DNA of 64,000 nt, taken from the NCBI GenBank assembly GCA_963619035.1, contig CAVEUC010000004.1, positions 422 through 64,421 on the forward strand, written 5' to 3'. The position numbers and the translations under genes were made by a program. Of this stretch, positions 26,623 to 35,383 are shown in pieces. The first letter of the stretch is position 1. Each line of letters begins with the position of its first letter. The notes beneath the pieces were generated by a model. It searched no databases. It had not been told where the DNA came from and saw only the letters and a list, made by a program, of their open reading frames with translations. The DNA is from Lachnospiraceae bacterium GAM79 (GTDB lineage Bacteria; Bacillota_I; Bacilli_A; RFN20; CAG-826).

Positions 26623-27336
26623 TTATAAAACATAAAAATATACACTAAAAAATTGTAATATAATACCAATTAATACAAATATATGAAATACAGTATGCCA
26701 CCAAACACTTTTCTTTTTCCCTATTCCATATAATATTGCACCAATTGAAAAAGCGACACCTCCACTCAACAGCAATAAGAAACCATTTAAAGTTAATTTA
26801 GTTAATAAAATATCACTAGCAAAAATAATACTCCATCCTGCACAAATATAAATAATCATACTTAATGCCGCATATTTTTTAATATTAATAGAATTCATTG
26901 TGATTCCTAACGCAACTAAAGCCCAAACTAAAGCAACGATAATCCATCCTGAATAAGGGATTAATCCATTCCACATACTTTCTTCTCTAATTGAACCTAA
27001 ACAGAAAATTGTATACGTAGAAGCAACTAAAACAAATACAAAATCATGATCGATAACTCTAAAAACTCTCTTACCATTATTTTTAGCTAATGCGTGATAT
27101 AAACAAGATATCGTCATACAAGTTATAATCCCAAATCCATAAATAGAAACACCTACTATTTTATATATAAATTCTTTATCTTTAATTACTTCTTGATAAG
27201 GATATACGCCACATACTTTTAATAGCATAAAAACGAGGACTATTATTCCAAAAATAGCACCTAATCCATGAGTTATAGAATTCCATAATTCATGTTTTAA
27301 TTTATAATTTGGTAATTCAATTTTATCAACACTCAT
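26623..27336 (-). CDS. Hemolysin III / PAQR-family membrane protein
   Basis: Seven TM segments with N-terminal NSITHGLG and the C-terminal HTVFHIFVL histidine motif. Confidence 0.85.
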   Translation of the reverse strand: MSVDKIELPNYKLKHELWNSITHGLGAIFGIIVLVFMLLKVCGVYPYQEVIKDKEFIYKIVGVSIYGFGIITCMTISCLYHALAKNNGKRVFRVIDHDFVFVLVASTYTIFCLGSIREESMWNGLIPYSGWIIVALVWALVALGITMNSINIKKYAALSMIIYICAGWSIIFASDILLTKLTLNGFLLLLSGGVAFSIGAILYGIGKKKSVWWHTVFHIFVLIGIILQFFSVYFYVL

Positions 27337-27458
27337 ACTATTCTCCTATCTAGTTTTTAATACTAGCACAAATAATTATAAATACAAGAAAAAGAAATTA
27401 TTTTTTTAAATATATTAAGATTTATTAAAGGTCGAATATATTTTATAATTTAACTACT

Positions 27459-28712
27459 ATGAAAGAGAGTTACGCAGTTATTGATGTTAAAGCATTTTAT
27501 GCTTCATTTGAATGTATTGAAAGAGGTTTAGATCCTTTTAAAACGCCTTTAGCAGTTACAGATACAGCTAGAAAAGAAGCTACAATTGTTTTGAGCGTAT
27601 CTCCTTATTTAAAATCATTAGGTGTCCCTTCTAGATGTAGAAGAAAAGACTTACCAACAAATATAAAAGATATGATTTATGCGACACCTCAAATGGAAAA
27701 ATATGTTAAATGCAGTGCAAAAATCGTATCTATTTTCCTAGATTTTATTGCAAAAGATGATATTCATGTATATTCAATAGATGAATCGTTTTTACATCTA
27801 TCTCCTTATTTAAAATTATACAAAACAACTCCGGAAGGCTTATGTAAAATGATTCAAAAAAGAATAAAAGATGAAACTGGATTAACTGTAACTTGTGGAA
27901 TTGGAGAAAATATGTTTTTAGCTAAAATGGCTGATGATATTGAAGCTAAACATGCTGAAGGATATATCGCTACTTGGAAAAAAGAAGATGTTCCTAATAA
28001 ATTACGGCCATTAAAACCACTATCAAAAGTATGGGGAATATCTACAGGATACGAAAAAAGATTAAATCAAATGGGTATTTATACAGTTTATGATTTAGCT
28101 CATTATCCTAAAGATATATTAATTAAAAAATTAGGTATTATGGGAGAAGAATTATATAATCACGCTAATGGTATTGATAATACCAATATCAGAGAAAAAT
28201 ATTCTCCAGTAAATAAAAACCTATCATTAGGACAAGTATTATTAAGAGATTACACAATTAAAGAAGTTCCTTTAATATTAAAAGAAATGTGTGATGATTT
28301 AACGAGCAGAATGAGAAGTTTTGATTTAGAATGTTCTGTTGTTCATTTAATGATAGGGTATTCTTCTTCATCTATGTTAGGAGGTTTTGCTCATCAAGTT
28401 CAACTACTGCTTCCTACATCAAATAACAATAAAATTTACGAAGCTATTATGTATATTTATAATTCTTATATTGAAGATTATCCTGTAAGAAGAATCGACA
28501 TTTCATATACTAAATTAACAAAAGCTAGTTCTACAAAGCAACTATCTTTATTTGAAGATGATTCAAAATCTATCGATGAGGAAAAATTATTTAAAGCGAT
28601 GGATAATGTTCAAGCTAAATATGGTAAAAATAAATTATTAAGAACAAGTTCATTAACTAAAGCTAGTACAGCAAAAGAAAGACATAATCAAATCGGAGGA
28701 CATAGAAAATAA
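27459..28712 (+). CDS. Y-family DNA polymerase (UmuC/YqjW-like)
   Basis: N-terminal IDVKAFYASFECIERGLDP (compare UmuC CDVNAFYASCE), the SIDESFL catalytic block, and little-finger-length C-terminus. Confidence 0.85.
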   Translation: MKESYAVIDVKAFYASFECIERGLDPFKTPLAVTDTARKEATIVLSVSPYLKSLGVPSRCRRKDLPTNIKDMIYATPQMEKYVKCSAKIVSIFLDFIAKDDIHVYSIDESFLHLSPYLKLYKTTPEGLCKMIQKRIKDETGLTVTCGIGENMFLAKMADDIEAKHAEGYIATWKKEDVPNKLRPLKPLSKVWGISTGYEKRLNQMGIYTVYDLAHYPKDILIKKLGIMGEELYNHANGIDNTNIREKYSPVNKNLSLGQVLLRDYTIKEVPLILKEMCDDLTSRMRSFDLECSVVHLMIGYSSSSMLGGFAHQVQLLLPTSNNNKIYEAIMYIYNSYIEDYPVRRIDISYTKLTKASSTKQLSLFEDDSKSIDEEKLFKAMDNVQAKYGKNKLLRTSSLTKASTAKERHNQIGGHRK

Positions 28713-28731
28713 TTTTTATTATTTTCAATAT

Positions 28732-28761
28732 AAAAAAAGAAGTTTCACAAACTTCTTTTTT
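28732..28761. terminator. Bidirectional rho-independent terminator
   Basis: AAAAGAAGTTT-cac-AAACTTCTTTT flanked by A and T runs, between convergent genes. Confidence 0.7.
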
Positions 28762-28772
28762 AATTTTAATAA

Positions 28773-31574
28773 CTATTTTTGAACTTTCTTTTTCTTTATA
28801 TAAAGAATTAAAGCGACAATTTCGTGAACTACAAGAGGTAATATACTCATTCCCATAGTAACTAACCAATGTTGCCAATCCATTAATAATCCAGCTGTAT
28901 CAAATACTTGATTTACTCCAGGAACTTCAACGACAAATAATTGTAATGCAATACCTAAAACAAATGCTATAACCATCATCCAGTTACGATTTTTAAATAC
29001 TTTAACGAATGATTTTCTTACATTAGACATACCAATCATATGGAATAATTCAGAGAATGCTAATGTTGTAAATGCCATTGTTTGAGCTAAATGCAATACA
29101 TCTTTATTAGAATTTAATAATTCTAACATTCCAGAATAATCATAAACACCTTCAAACCAACAAGCTGCAAAATAACTTAATAAAACACAAATTGTGATAC
29201 AAGCACCATAACCAAGTGTTAAGAAAGTACCACCTTTTGCAAATAATCCTTCTTTTGGATCTCTTGGTTTTTCTTTCATATTATTTGGATCTTTAGGGTC
29301 CATACCTAAAGCAATAGCAGGTAATGAATCAGTAATTAAATTAACCCATAATAAATGAATTGCAATAAATGGTGATGGGAATCCTAAACAAATTACAATA
29401 AACATCGATAAAACTTCAGCGATATTACTACTTAATAAGAATAAGACAGTTTTCTTAATGTTAGCGTAAATTCCTCTACCTTCTTCAACTGCTTTTTCAA
29501 TACTAGCAAAGTTATCATCAGTTAAAACCATATCTGCTGCACCTTTAGCAACGTCTGTTCCTGTAATACCCATCGCGATCCCAATATCAGCAGCTTTTAA
29601 ACTTGGAGCATCATTAACTCCATCTCCAGTCATCGCACATATATTTCCATTGTCTTTAAATGCTTTGACAATACTAACTTTATTTTCTGGAGAAACTCTA
29701 GCAAATACTCTTGTTGTTTTACAAGCTTCTTTTAATTCTTCAAAAGATAACTTATCAATTTCTTCACCCATCATACATTGGTCTTTACTTTCAGCAATTC
29801 CTAATTCTTTAGCAATAGCAAAAGCTGTATCTTTATGGTCACCAGTAATCATAACTGTAGTAATACCTGCAGATTTAAATTTACTAACAGCAGGTTTAGC
29901 TTCAGGTCTAGCAGGATCGATCATCGCAACTAATCCAACAAAAATTAATCCATTTTCTTCAATATTATCTTTTTCATCATATGCTAAAGCAAGAACTCTA
30001 AGTGCCTTATCTGAGAAATAAGTATTAGCTTTATAGATATCATTAATATCTTCTTCAGTTAACATTCTTACACTACCATTATCTAAAATTCTATCAGCAT
30101 ATTTTAAGATACTATCAAGTGCACCTTTAGTAAAAACAGTATGTTTTCCCTCTTCTTTATGTAATGTTGACATCATTTTTCTTACACTATCAAATGGTAA
30201 TTCATCAATTCTAGGAGAAACTGTTTCTAAGTCTTTTTTATGCATATTGAATTCATTAGCAAAAGCAACTAATGCAATTTCTGTAGGATCTCCATATAAT
30301 CCTTCATCAACTGTAGCATTACTACATAAAGACATACCTTTTGCTAATAATTTTAGATCATCACTAGCAATTTCTTCTTTAAAATCTTCTTTAGTAAAAT
30401 ATTTATTATCAACATAACTTTCTAAAACAGTCATTTTATTTTGAGTTAATGTACCTGTTTTATCACTACATACAACACTTACTGCACCTAAAGTTTCTAC
30501 ACTAGGCAATTTTCTAACAACAGTATTAGCTTTAACCATTCTTTGAACACCTATTGATAAAACAATAGTAACAACAGCAGCTAATCCTTCTGGAATTGCT
30601 GCAACAGCTAAAGCGATTGAAGATAATAAAGCATCAACCCAATGCTCTAAATTACTTCCATGACCTTGAACTAAAATCCAAATAGCATCAACAGCAAAAA
30701 CTAAAACAACAATAACTAAACATAAAATACCTAAGATTTTGCCTAATTTTGCTAATACTTTTTGTAAAGGAGTTGTATCATCTTCTTCTTCATCTAAAGC
30801 TTTAGCAATCTTACCAATTTCAGTATTCATTCCTGTATTAATTACGATACCTTCACCTCTTCCATAAGTTACAGGAGTTGACATATAAGCTTCATTAACT
30901 CTATCTCCAATTGCTACAGAATTAGAAAAAACCAAACTAGAATCTTTTTCAACAGGAACGCTTTCTCCGGTTAAACTAGATTCATTTATCTTTAAATTTA
31001 TCGCTTTAGTAAGTCTAATATCAGAACCGACTGTATCACCTTCTTCAATGACTACTAAATCACCAATAACAAGTTCGCTAGATTTGATTTTTCTTCTTTT
31101 ACCATCTCTAATTACAGTTGTTTCAGGAGAAGACATCTTTTTTAACGCTTCTAATGATGATTGAGCTTTAACTTCTTGAATAGAACCGATTAAAGCATTA
31201 ATTATAATAACTGCTAAAATAATAATAACATCAGGCCAATCACCGACTTCTAAAAAATAATTGCCTGTAAATGTACCTTCATTTACATTCTTAATCGTTT
31301 CATAAATTGAAACGCCAATTGTAACAGCGATTGCAGCAAACAAAACAAAGATCATAGGATCGTTCATTTGTTCAAAAAATATACGAATAAAAGACTTTTT
31401 CTTCTTTTCTTCTAATTTATTTTCGCCATATTTCTCTAATCTAATCTTAGCTTCTTCTTCACTTAAACCATTCTCTAAATCAGTATTTAAAGCTTGTTTA
31501 AGTTGCTCATTATTTAAAGTTTCGTAAGCTAAAACTTTCTTTTCTTCATTATTTTTTATTTCTTTAGTGTCCAT
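28773..31574 (-). CDS. P2-type cation ATPase (Ca2+/Mn2+ transporting, PMCA/SERCA-like)
   Basis: 933 aa with TGES, CSDKTGTLTQNKM, TGDHKDTA, TGDGVNDAPSLK and ten predicted TM segments. Confidence 0.9.
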   Translation of the reverse strand: MDTKEIKNNEEKKVLAYETLNNEQLKQALNTDLENGLSEEEAKIRLEKYGENKLEEKKKKSFIRIFFEQMNDPMIFVLFAAIAVTIGVSIYETIKNVNEGTFTGNYFLEVGDWPDVIIILAVIIINALIGSIQEVKAQSSLEALKKMSSPETTVIRDGKRRKIKSSELVIGDLVVIEEGDTVGSDIRLTKAINLKINESSLTGESVPVEKDSSLVFSNSVAIGDRVNEAYMSTPVTYGRGEGIVINTGMNTEIGKIAKALDEEEDDTTPLQKVLAKLGKILGILCLVIVVLVFAVDAIWILVQGHGSNLEHWVDALLSSIALAVAAIPEGLAAVVTIVLSIGVQRMVKANTVVRKLPSVETLGAVSVVCSDKTGTLTQNKMTVLESYVDNKYFTKEDFKEEIASDDLKLLAKGMSLCSNATVDEGLYGDPTEIALVAFANEFNMHKKDLETVSPRIDELPFDSVRKMMSTLHKEEGKHTVFTKGALDSILKYADRILDNGSVRMLTEEDINDIYKANTYFSDKALRVLALAYDEKDNIEENGLIFVGLVAMIDPARPEAKPAVSKFKSAGITTVMITGDHKDTAFAIAKELGIAESKDQCMMGEEIDKLSFEELKEACKTTRVFARVSPENKVSIVKAFKDNGNICAMTGDGVNDAPSLKAADIGIAMGITGTDVAKGAADMVLTDDNFASIEKAVEEGRGIYANIKKTVLFLLSSNIAEVLSMFIVICLGFPSPFIAIHLLWVNLITDSLPAIALGMDPKDPNNMKEKPRDPKEGLFAKGGTFLTLGYGACITICVLLSYFAACWFEGVYDYSGMLELLNSNKDVLHLAQTMAFTTLAFSELFHMIGMSNVRKSFVKVFKNRNWMMVIAFVLGIALQLFVVEVPGVNQVFDTAGLLMDWQHWLVTMGMSILPLVVHEIVALILYIKKKKVQK

Positions 31575-31599
31575 AAATTTCCTCCTTATATTATAAAAG

Positions 31600-31690
31600 A
31601 AATAAATGGTCTCGCTAATTTACTCGCATATTACCGGGATTTAAAATCCGAGATGTCGGTAGATACACTTAGGCTACTCCCCATAGTTAA
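31600..31690 (-). promoter_or_regulatory. yybP-ykoY (Mn2+) riboswitch
   Basis: Minus strand reads ctATGGGGAGTAGCctaagtgtatctaccGACAtctcgg...aatTAGCGAGACCATtt. It carries the conserved GGGGAGUAG and UAGC-AGACC blocks of the motif, with closing ATGG/CCAT pairing, about 45 nt upstream of the ATPase start. Confidence 0.75.
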
Positions 31691-31728
31691 AATATTAATA
31701 AATTTTAAGTGCTTTTTTCAAGTGTTTT

Positions 31729-33027
31729 TTATAAATTACCAATAGTTGTTTTATTGATATCAAAAATATCTAATGTTAAATAATCTCCATTATAAAGATT
31801 AACTATAAATTGATATGTTTGTTCGCTTCCTTCACCATTTACAATAAAAGTTAAATTAGGGATTTCAAATCTAAAGAATGTTTCATCTAATAAATTTGCA
31901 ATATTAGCAATAAAGCTTTTATTTTCGATAGTATAGTTCTTTTCGCTATTTTTACTAGCTTCAAAAACATAATCATTCCAATATAAATCTTTTAAAGAAT
32001 AGACAACATCTGTAATTGAAGAATATGTTTTTCCATCACTATCAGTTACGCTACTTCCAATTACAGCATTTCCAGTTATTCCATCTAAAAGCATCTCTTT
32101 AACGATATTATCATCAATACAATATCCAATATCATTTTCTGATTCTCTAGAAGAAGTTGAATAATAAGCATTTTTAGTATATTTGCTAATTACTTCAAAA
32201 TTATTTGATTCATTGTTTCCTGTATAATATGATTTAACTTTTAAAGTGTAGTTATACATATTTCTTAAATAACCTAAGTATTTATATAAATCATCATTAG
32301 TAGGTAGATAAGTTTTTCCTGTTCCACCATTAGCAAAATATTCTTTAAATCTTCTTGGTTCTTCTGTTTCTCCTACATTTCTAATAGTGATAACAGTATC
32401 ATCTTTTTCTAATGATTTATTAAAAACAATACGAAATTCAATGTCTTTTTCATCATTAATATAAAAACACATCTCATCAACCTTACTTGGCGTAACTCCA
32501 CCTACGCTTCCATCATCGCTAAATCCACAAAGATATAACCATGTTTTTGCTTCGTCTGATTCAGTATCTCTAATGTAATATGCTCCATTTATATTTCTAT
32601 ATAATTTAGGTAATAAAGTTAAATCACTTAAAGAATATGTGACGTTTTCATAAAGTCCTTTTGTAGCTTCACCAGTATAAGAATCTACATCGTAATATCC
32701 AACACTAGTAACTTCATCATCGTTTGCTAAAATCTTATAAATTCCATTTTCATCTTCTTTATAACCAGTAAAATAACTTTGATTTTCAAATTTAAAACAA
32801 TAAAAATCTTTTAAGAAATATTGATCAAAATTACCATCAGAATCAGAAATATTTAAAGTATAATTCTTAGCTAAATATGCTTTTTCTAAAGCATCTAAAG
32901 GTTCTATTTCATCTGTATTATCATCATCTGTATTGATTTTATCAGTATTACATGATGCTAAAGAACTAAAGCTAACTAATGATAAAAAAGATAAACAAAT
33001 TATTTTATTTAGATAATGTGAACGCAT
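31729..33027 (-). CDS. Lipoprotein, function unknown
   Basis: Signal peptide with lipobox LASC. 432 aa with two similar-looking halves (NYTL.. and YSL.DL recur). Confidence 0.6.
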   Translation of the reverse strand: MRSHYLNKIICLSFLSLVSFSSLASCNTDKINTDDDNTDEIEPLDALEKAYLAKNYTLNISDSDGNFDQYFLKDFYCFKFENQSYFTGYKEDENGIYKILANDDEVTSVGYYDVDSYTGEATKGLYENVTYSLSDLTLLPKLYRNINGAYYIRDTESDEAKTWLYLCGFSDDGSVGGVTPSKVDEMCFYINDEKDIEFRIVFNKSLEKDDTVITIRNVGETEEPRRFKEYFANGGTGKTYLPTNDDLYKYLGYLRNMYNYTLKVKSYYTGNNESNNFEVISKYTKNAYYSTSSRESENDIGYCIDDNIVKEMLLDGITGNAVIGSSVTDSDGKTYSSITDVVYSLKDLYWNDYVFEASKNSEKNYTIENKSFIANIANLLDETFFRFEIPNLTFIVNGEGSEQTYQFIVNLYNGDYLTLDIFDINKTTIGNL

Positions 33028-35290
33028 AAACTTCTCCTTCGTAATCTCCGTAAGTATCTTCTACACTAACTTTAATCTTTTTAAATGTTGGATCATCAAA
33101 AGTAACCTTAAAGCTAGATAAATAACCATTTGCATAACTATAATTCGATACAGTTACTTTATTGTTGTTTATAACATATTGGAAACTAACTGTATCATAC
33201 AATCTACTTCCTTCAACATACATCTTAAATGTACCTTTATTAGCATCATCTCCTGTTAAGAAATTTAATTCTCCAGTATAGTCATTAGTTCCTGTGCCAG
33301 TATATGTTCCAGAAGTTATTTCATCATAAATTTCTTGATTTGATAAAGCTTTAATAATAGTAACTTCTTTAGTGCAATTTAAATCAGGATTGCTTTCACA
33401 TGTAATATCTAAATAAACAACTTTACTATCATAATTAAAATCAGATGCAGCTTTTAAAATATAATATGTATACCATTGAGTCTTTGAAACTTCTAATGTA
33501 GCAAATTCTTTGCTTTCATCTTTTAAAGTAACATTAAAATCATTGTCAGCACCATAAGGAGTGTAACTAATATAAAATTTCATCGAAGAATTGCTCTTTA
33601 AAGTATCACTAAAATCAACCAATTTAAAACTTTGAGCTTTAGGTACTACCACTGTTAATGTATATTCTTTTTTAACTTTTTTACTAGCGATAACAACTTT
33701 ACAAGTTCCTGCACCAACTGCATTAAATGCCATTTTATTTTCTGACATTGTAATAACCGATTCATCGGAGACTGATTCAACATAAATTCTATCGATTAAA
33801 TTTCCATCAGCTGTAGAAGGTGAAAAATCAGTAACATTATAAACAATAGTATCACCTCTATTAAAAGTTAAAGAAGCTTCACCATAATCTTCACCATAGT
33901 TTTTAGTTTTAAATTCAACATTAAAATCACTGTAATAAAAATCGTTATAATCTATTTCAGGATTTTCTTCTTTTTCTTTAGTACCACTAGTTAAAGAAGC
34001 TTCAAAACTATAATATTCCTTTTTAACTGCATCATCCATTAAATTGCCTTCTTCATCAAGGTAATCAATATCATATTTATTCCAAGAATAAGAAATCGTT
34101 TTTAAATTTTCACCATCTTTTTCAATATTTAAACTATATTGAGTAAAGGTTGTAACATCTTTTACATCTAATTTCATAGTTAATGAATCATCTTCGCTAG
34201 TTACAACAGTCTTTTTACTATTACTTGAAGATAAAAATACCTTTTCAATAACTTCATCTTCAATAAAAGTTCCAATTCCATAACTATATTTAGAATAGTA
34301 ATAATCCGATATAAATGCAGGTAAACTAATCATCTCTTTAGCTTTAGCTTCTGTTACACTGCTACTACTATATGAATTATCTTCAATTTTATTAAATGAT
34401 TTTTTACCATCTTCAACTGTATAAATATATTCTGCATCTTTTCCATAATATAAGGTAATTTCTGAATCATCATATTTTTTAACTTTATTATATATATGAT
34501 CATCGAAAACTTTATATTCGTTAGTGAAAGTTTCTTCTTCTATAGAATTTTGTTTAGTAGTAATTTTAATATTTCCACTTACAATATTTTTAGATTCATT
34601 TTCGACTGCATCAGAAATAGAAGAAAGAGCAACATCATTTTTAACTTCACCTTCATCTTGAGTTACTGTTATTGAATATGTTAAAGAATCAACATCATCA
34701 CTACCTGCATAAGAAACCGTAATAATAGAACTACCCACTGAAATAGCTTCTAATTGACCAACTTTATCAACAGTTAATACACTTCTATTACTTGAAGTAA
34801 ATTTAATATCAGTATTTGTTGCATCTAAAGGAGCGTAACTAACATCAATTTTTAATTTATCTCCTACTAACATTTTACTTCTATTAAAATTTGAACTTAA
34901 TTTAGTAATCAAAACTGTTTTTGTAACAGTAATTGAAACTTTATTAGAAATTCCATTACTCGATGTCACTACTAATTCCGTACTACCTTGACTTAAAGCT
35001 TTAACTTCCCATTTTCTTTCATCAAAAGATATAATTTCTTTATCGTAACTAAATGTTAATTTTGTATCTTTAATATCTTTTCCAGATATTGAACCAACTA
35101 ATTCGATATCAATAAGTTCTTTATCTCCCACTTCTAAACTTAAATTAGTAGTAGATAATTTAATTTCTTTTACTACGCATTCTTCTTCTTTTGGTTTATC
35201 AGTTTGAGTATATTCACAAGCTGATAAAGGTATTAATAGACTTGTAGCAAATAACGACATGATAAGTAATGTTTTTCCTCTATTTTTCAT
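33005..35290 (-). CDS. Large surface lipoprotein with bacterial Ig-like (Big_2) domains
   Basis: Lipobox LSAC. Repeats such as IKFTSSNRSVLTVDKVGQLEAISVGSSIITVSY match the Big_2 pattern. Confidence 0.7.
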   Translation of the reverse strand: MKNRGKTLLIMSLFATSLLIPLSACEYTQTDKPKEEECVVKEIKLSTTNLSLEVGDKELIDIELVGSISGKDIKDTKLTFSYDKEIISFDERKWEVKALSQGSTELVVTSSNGISNKVSITVTKTVLITKLSSNFNRSKMLVGDKLKIDVSYAPLDATNTDIKFTSSNRSVLTVDKVGQLEAISVGSSIITVSYAGSDDVDSLTYSITVTQDEGEVKNDVALSSISDAVENESKNIVSGNIKITTKQNSIEEETFTNEYKVFDDHIYNKVKKYDDSEITLYYGKDAEYIYTVEDGKKSFNKIEDNSYSSSSVTEAKAKEMISLPAFISDYYYSKYSYGIGTFIEDEVIEKVFLSSSNSKKTVVTSEDDSLTMKLDVKDVTTFTQYSLNIEKDGENLKTISYSWNKYDIDYLDEEGNLMDDAVKKEYYSFEASLTSGTKEKEENPEIDYNDFYYSDFNVEFKTKNYGEDYGEASLTFNRGDTIVYNVTDFSPSTADGNLIDRIYVESVSDESVITMSENKMAFNAVGAGTCKVVIASKKVKKEYTLTVVVPKAQSFKLVDFSDTLKSNSSMKFYISYTPYGADNDFNVTLKDESKEFATLEVSKTQWYTYYILKAASDFNYDSKVVYLDITCESNPDLNCTKEVTIIKALSNQEIYDEITSGTYTGTGTNDYTGELNFLTGDDANKGTFKMYVEGSRLYDTVSFQYVINNNKVTVSNYSYANGYLSSFKVTFDDPTFKKIKVSVEDTYGDYEGEVYAFTLSK

Positions 35291-35383
35291 AATTTCACCT
35301 CTTAAATATTATAAAATTGACTACACATAAATTAAATAAAAATTTTATTTAATTAATCTTTAAAATCTAATAAAATTTTAGTT

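Noticed and set aside
27432-27447. A LexA/Cheo SOS box upstream of the Y-family polymerase (CGAATATATTTT).
   Set aside because: Only one half-site resembles CGAAC-N4-GTTCG, and the second half is AT-only. I do not consider it a supported site.
13119-30021. Antisense ORFs in the track: 13119-13409, 14892-15242, 17726-18232, 24294-24494, 25621-25863 and 29650-30021. Others elsewhere are 6749-7033, 11532-11804, 37254-37445, 39117-39305, 41194-41388, 42668-42862, 44060-44305, 45818-46201, 47241-47438, 51929-52114, 55948-56280, 57314-57526, 63258-63524 and 63567-63860.
   Set aside because: Each is embedded in, or antisense to, a longer ORF with clear homology or membrane-protein character. They show low-complexity Ser/Leu/Ile/Phe-rich translations typical of the reverse frames of AT-rich genes, and they lack RBS or promoter context.
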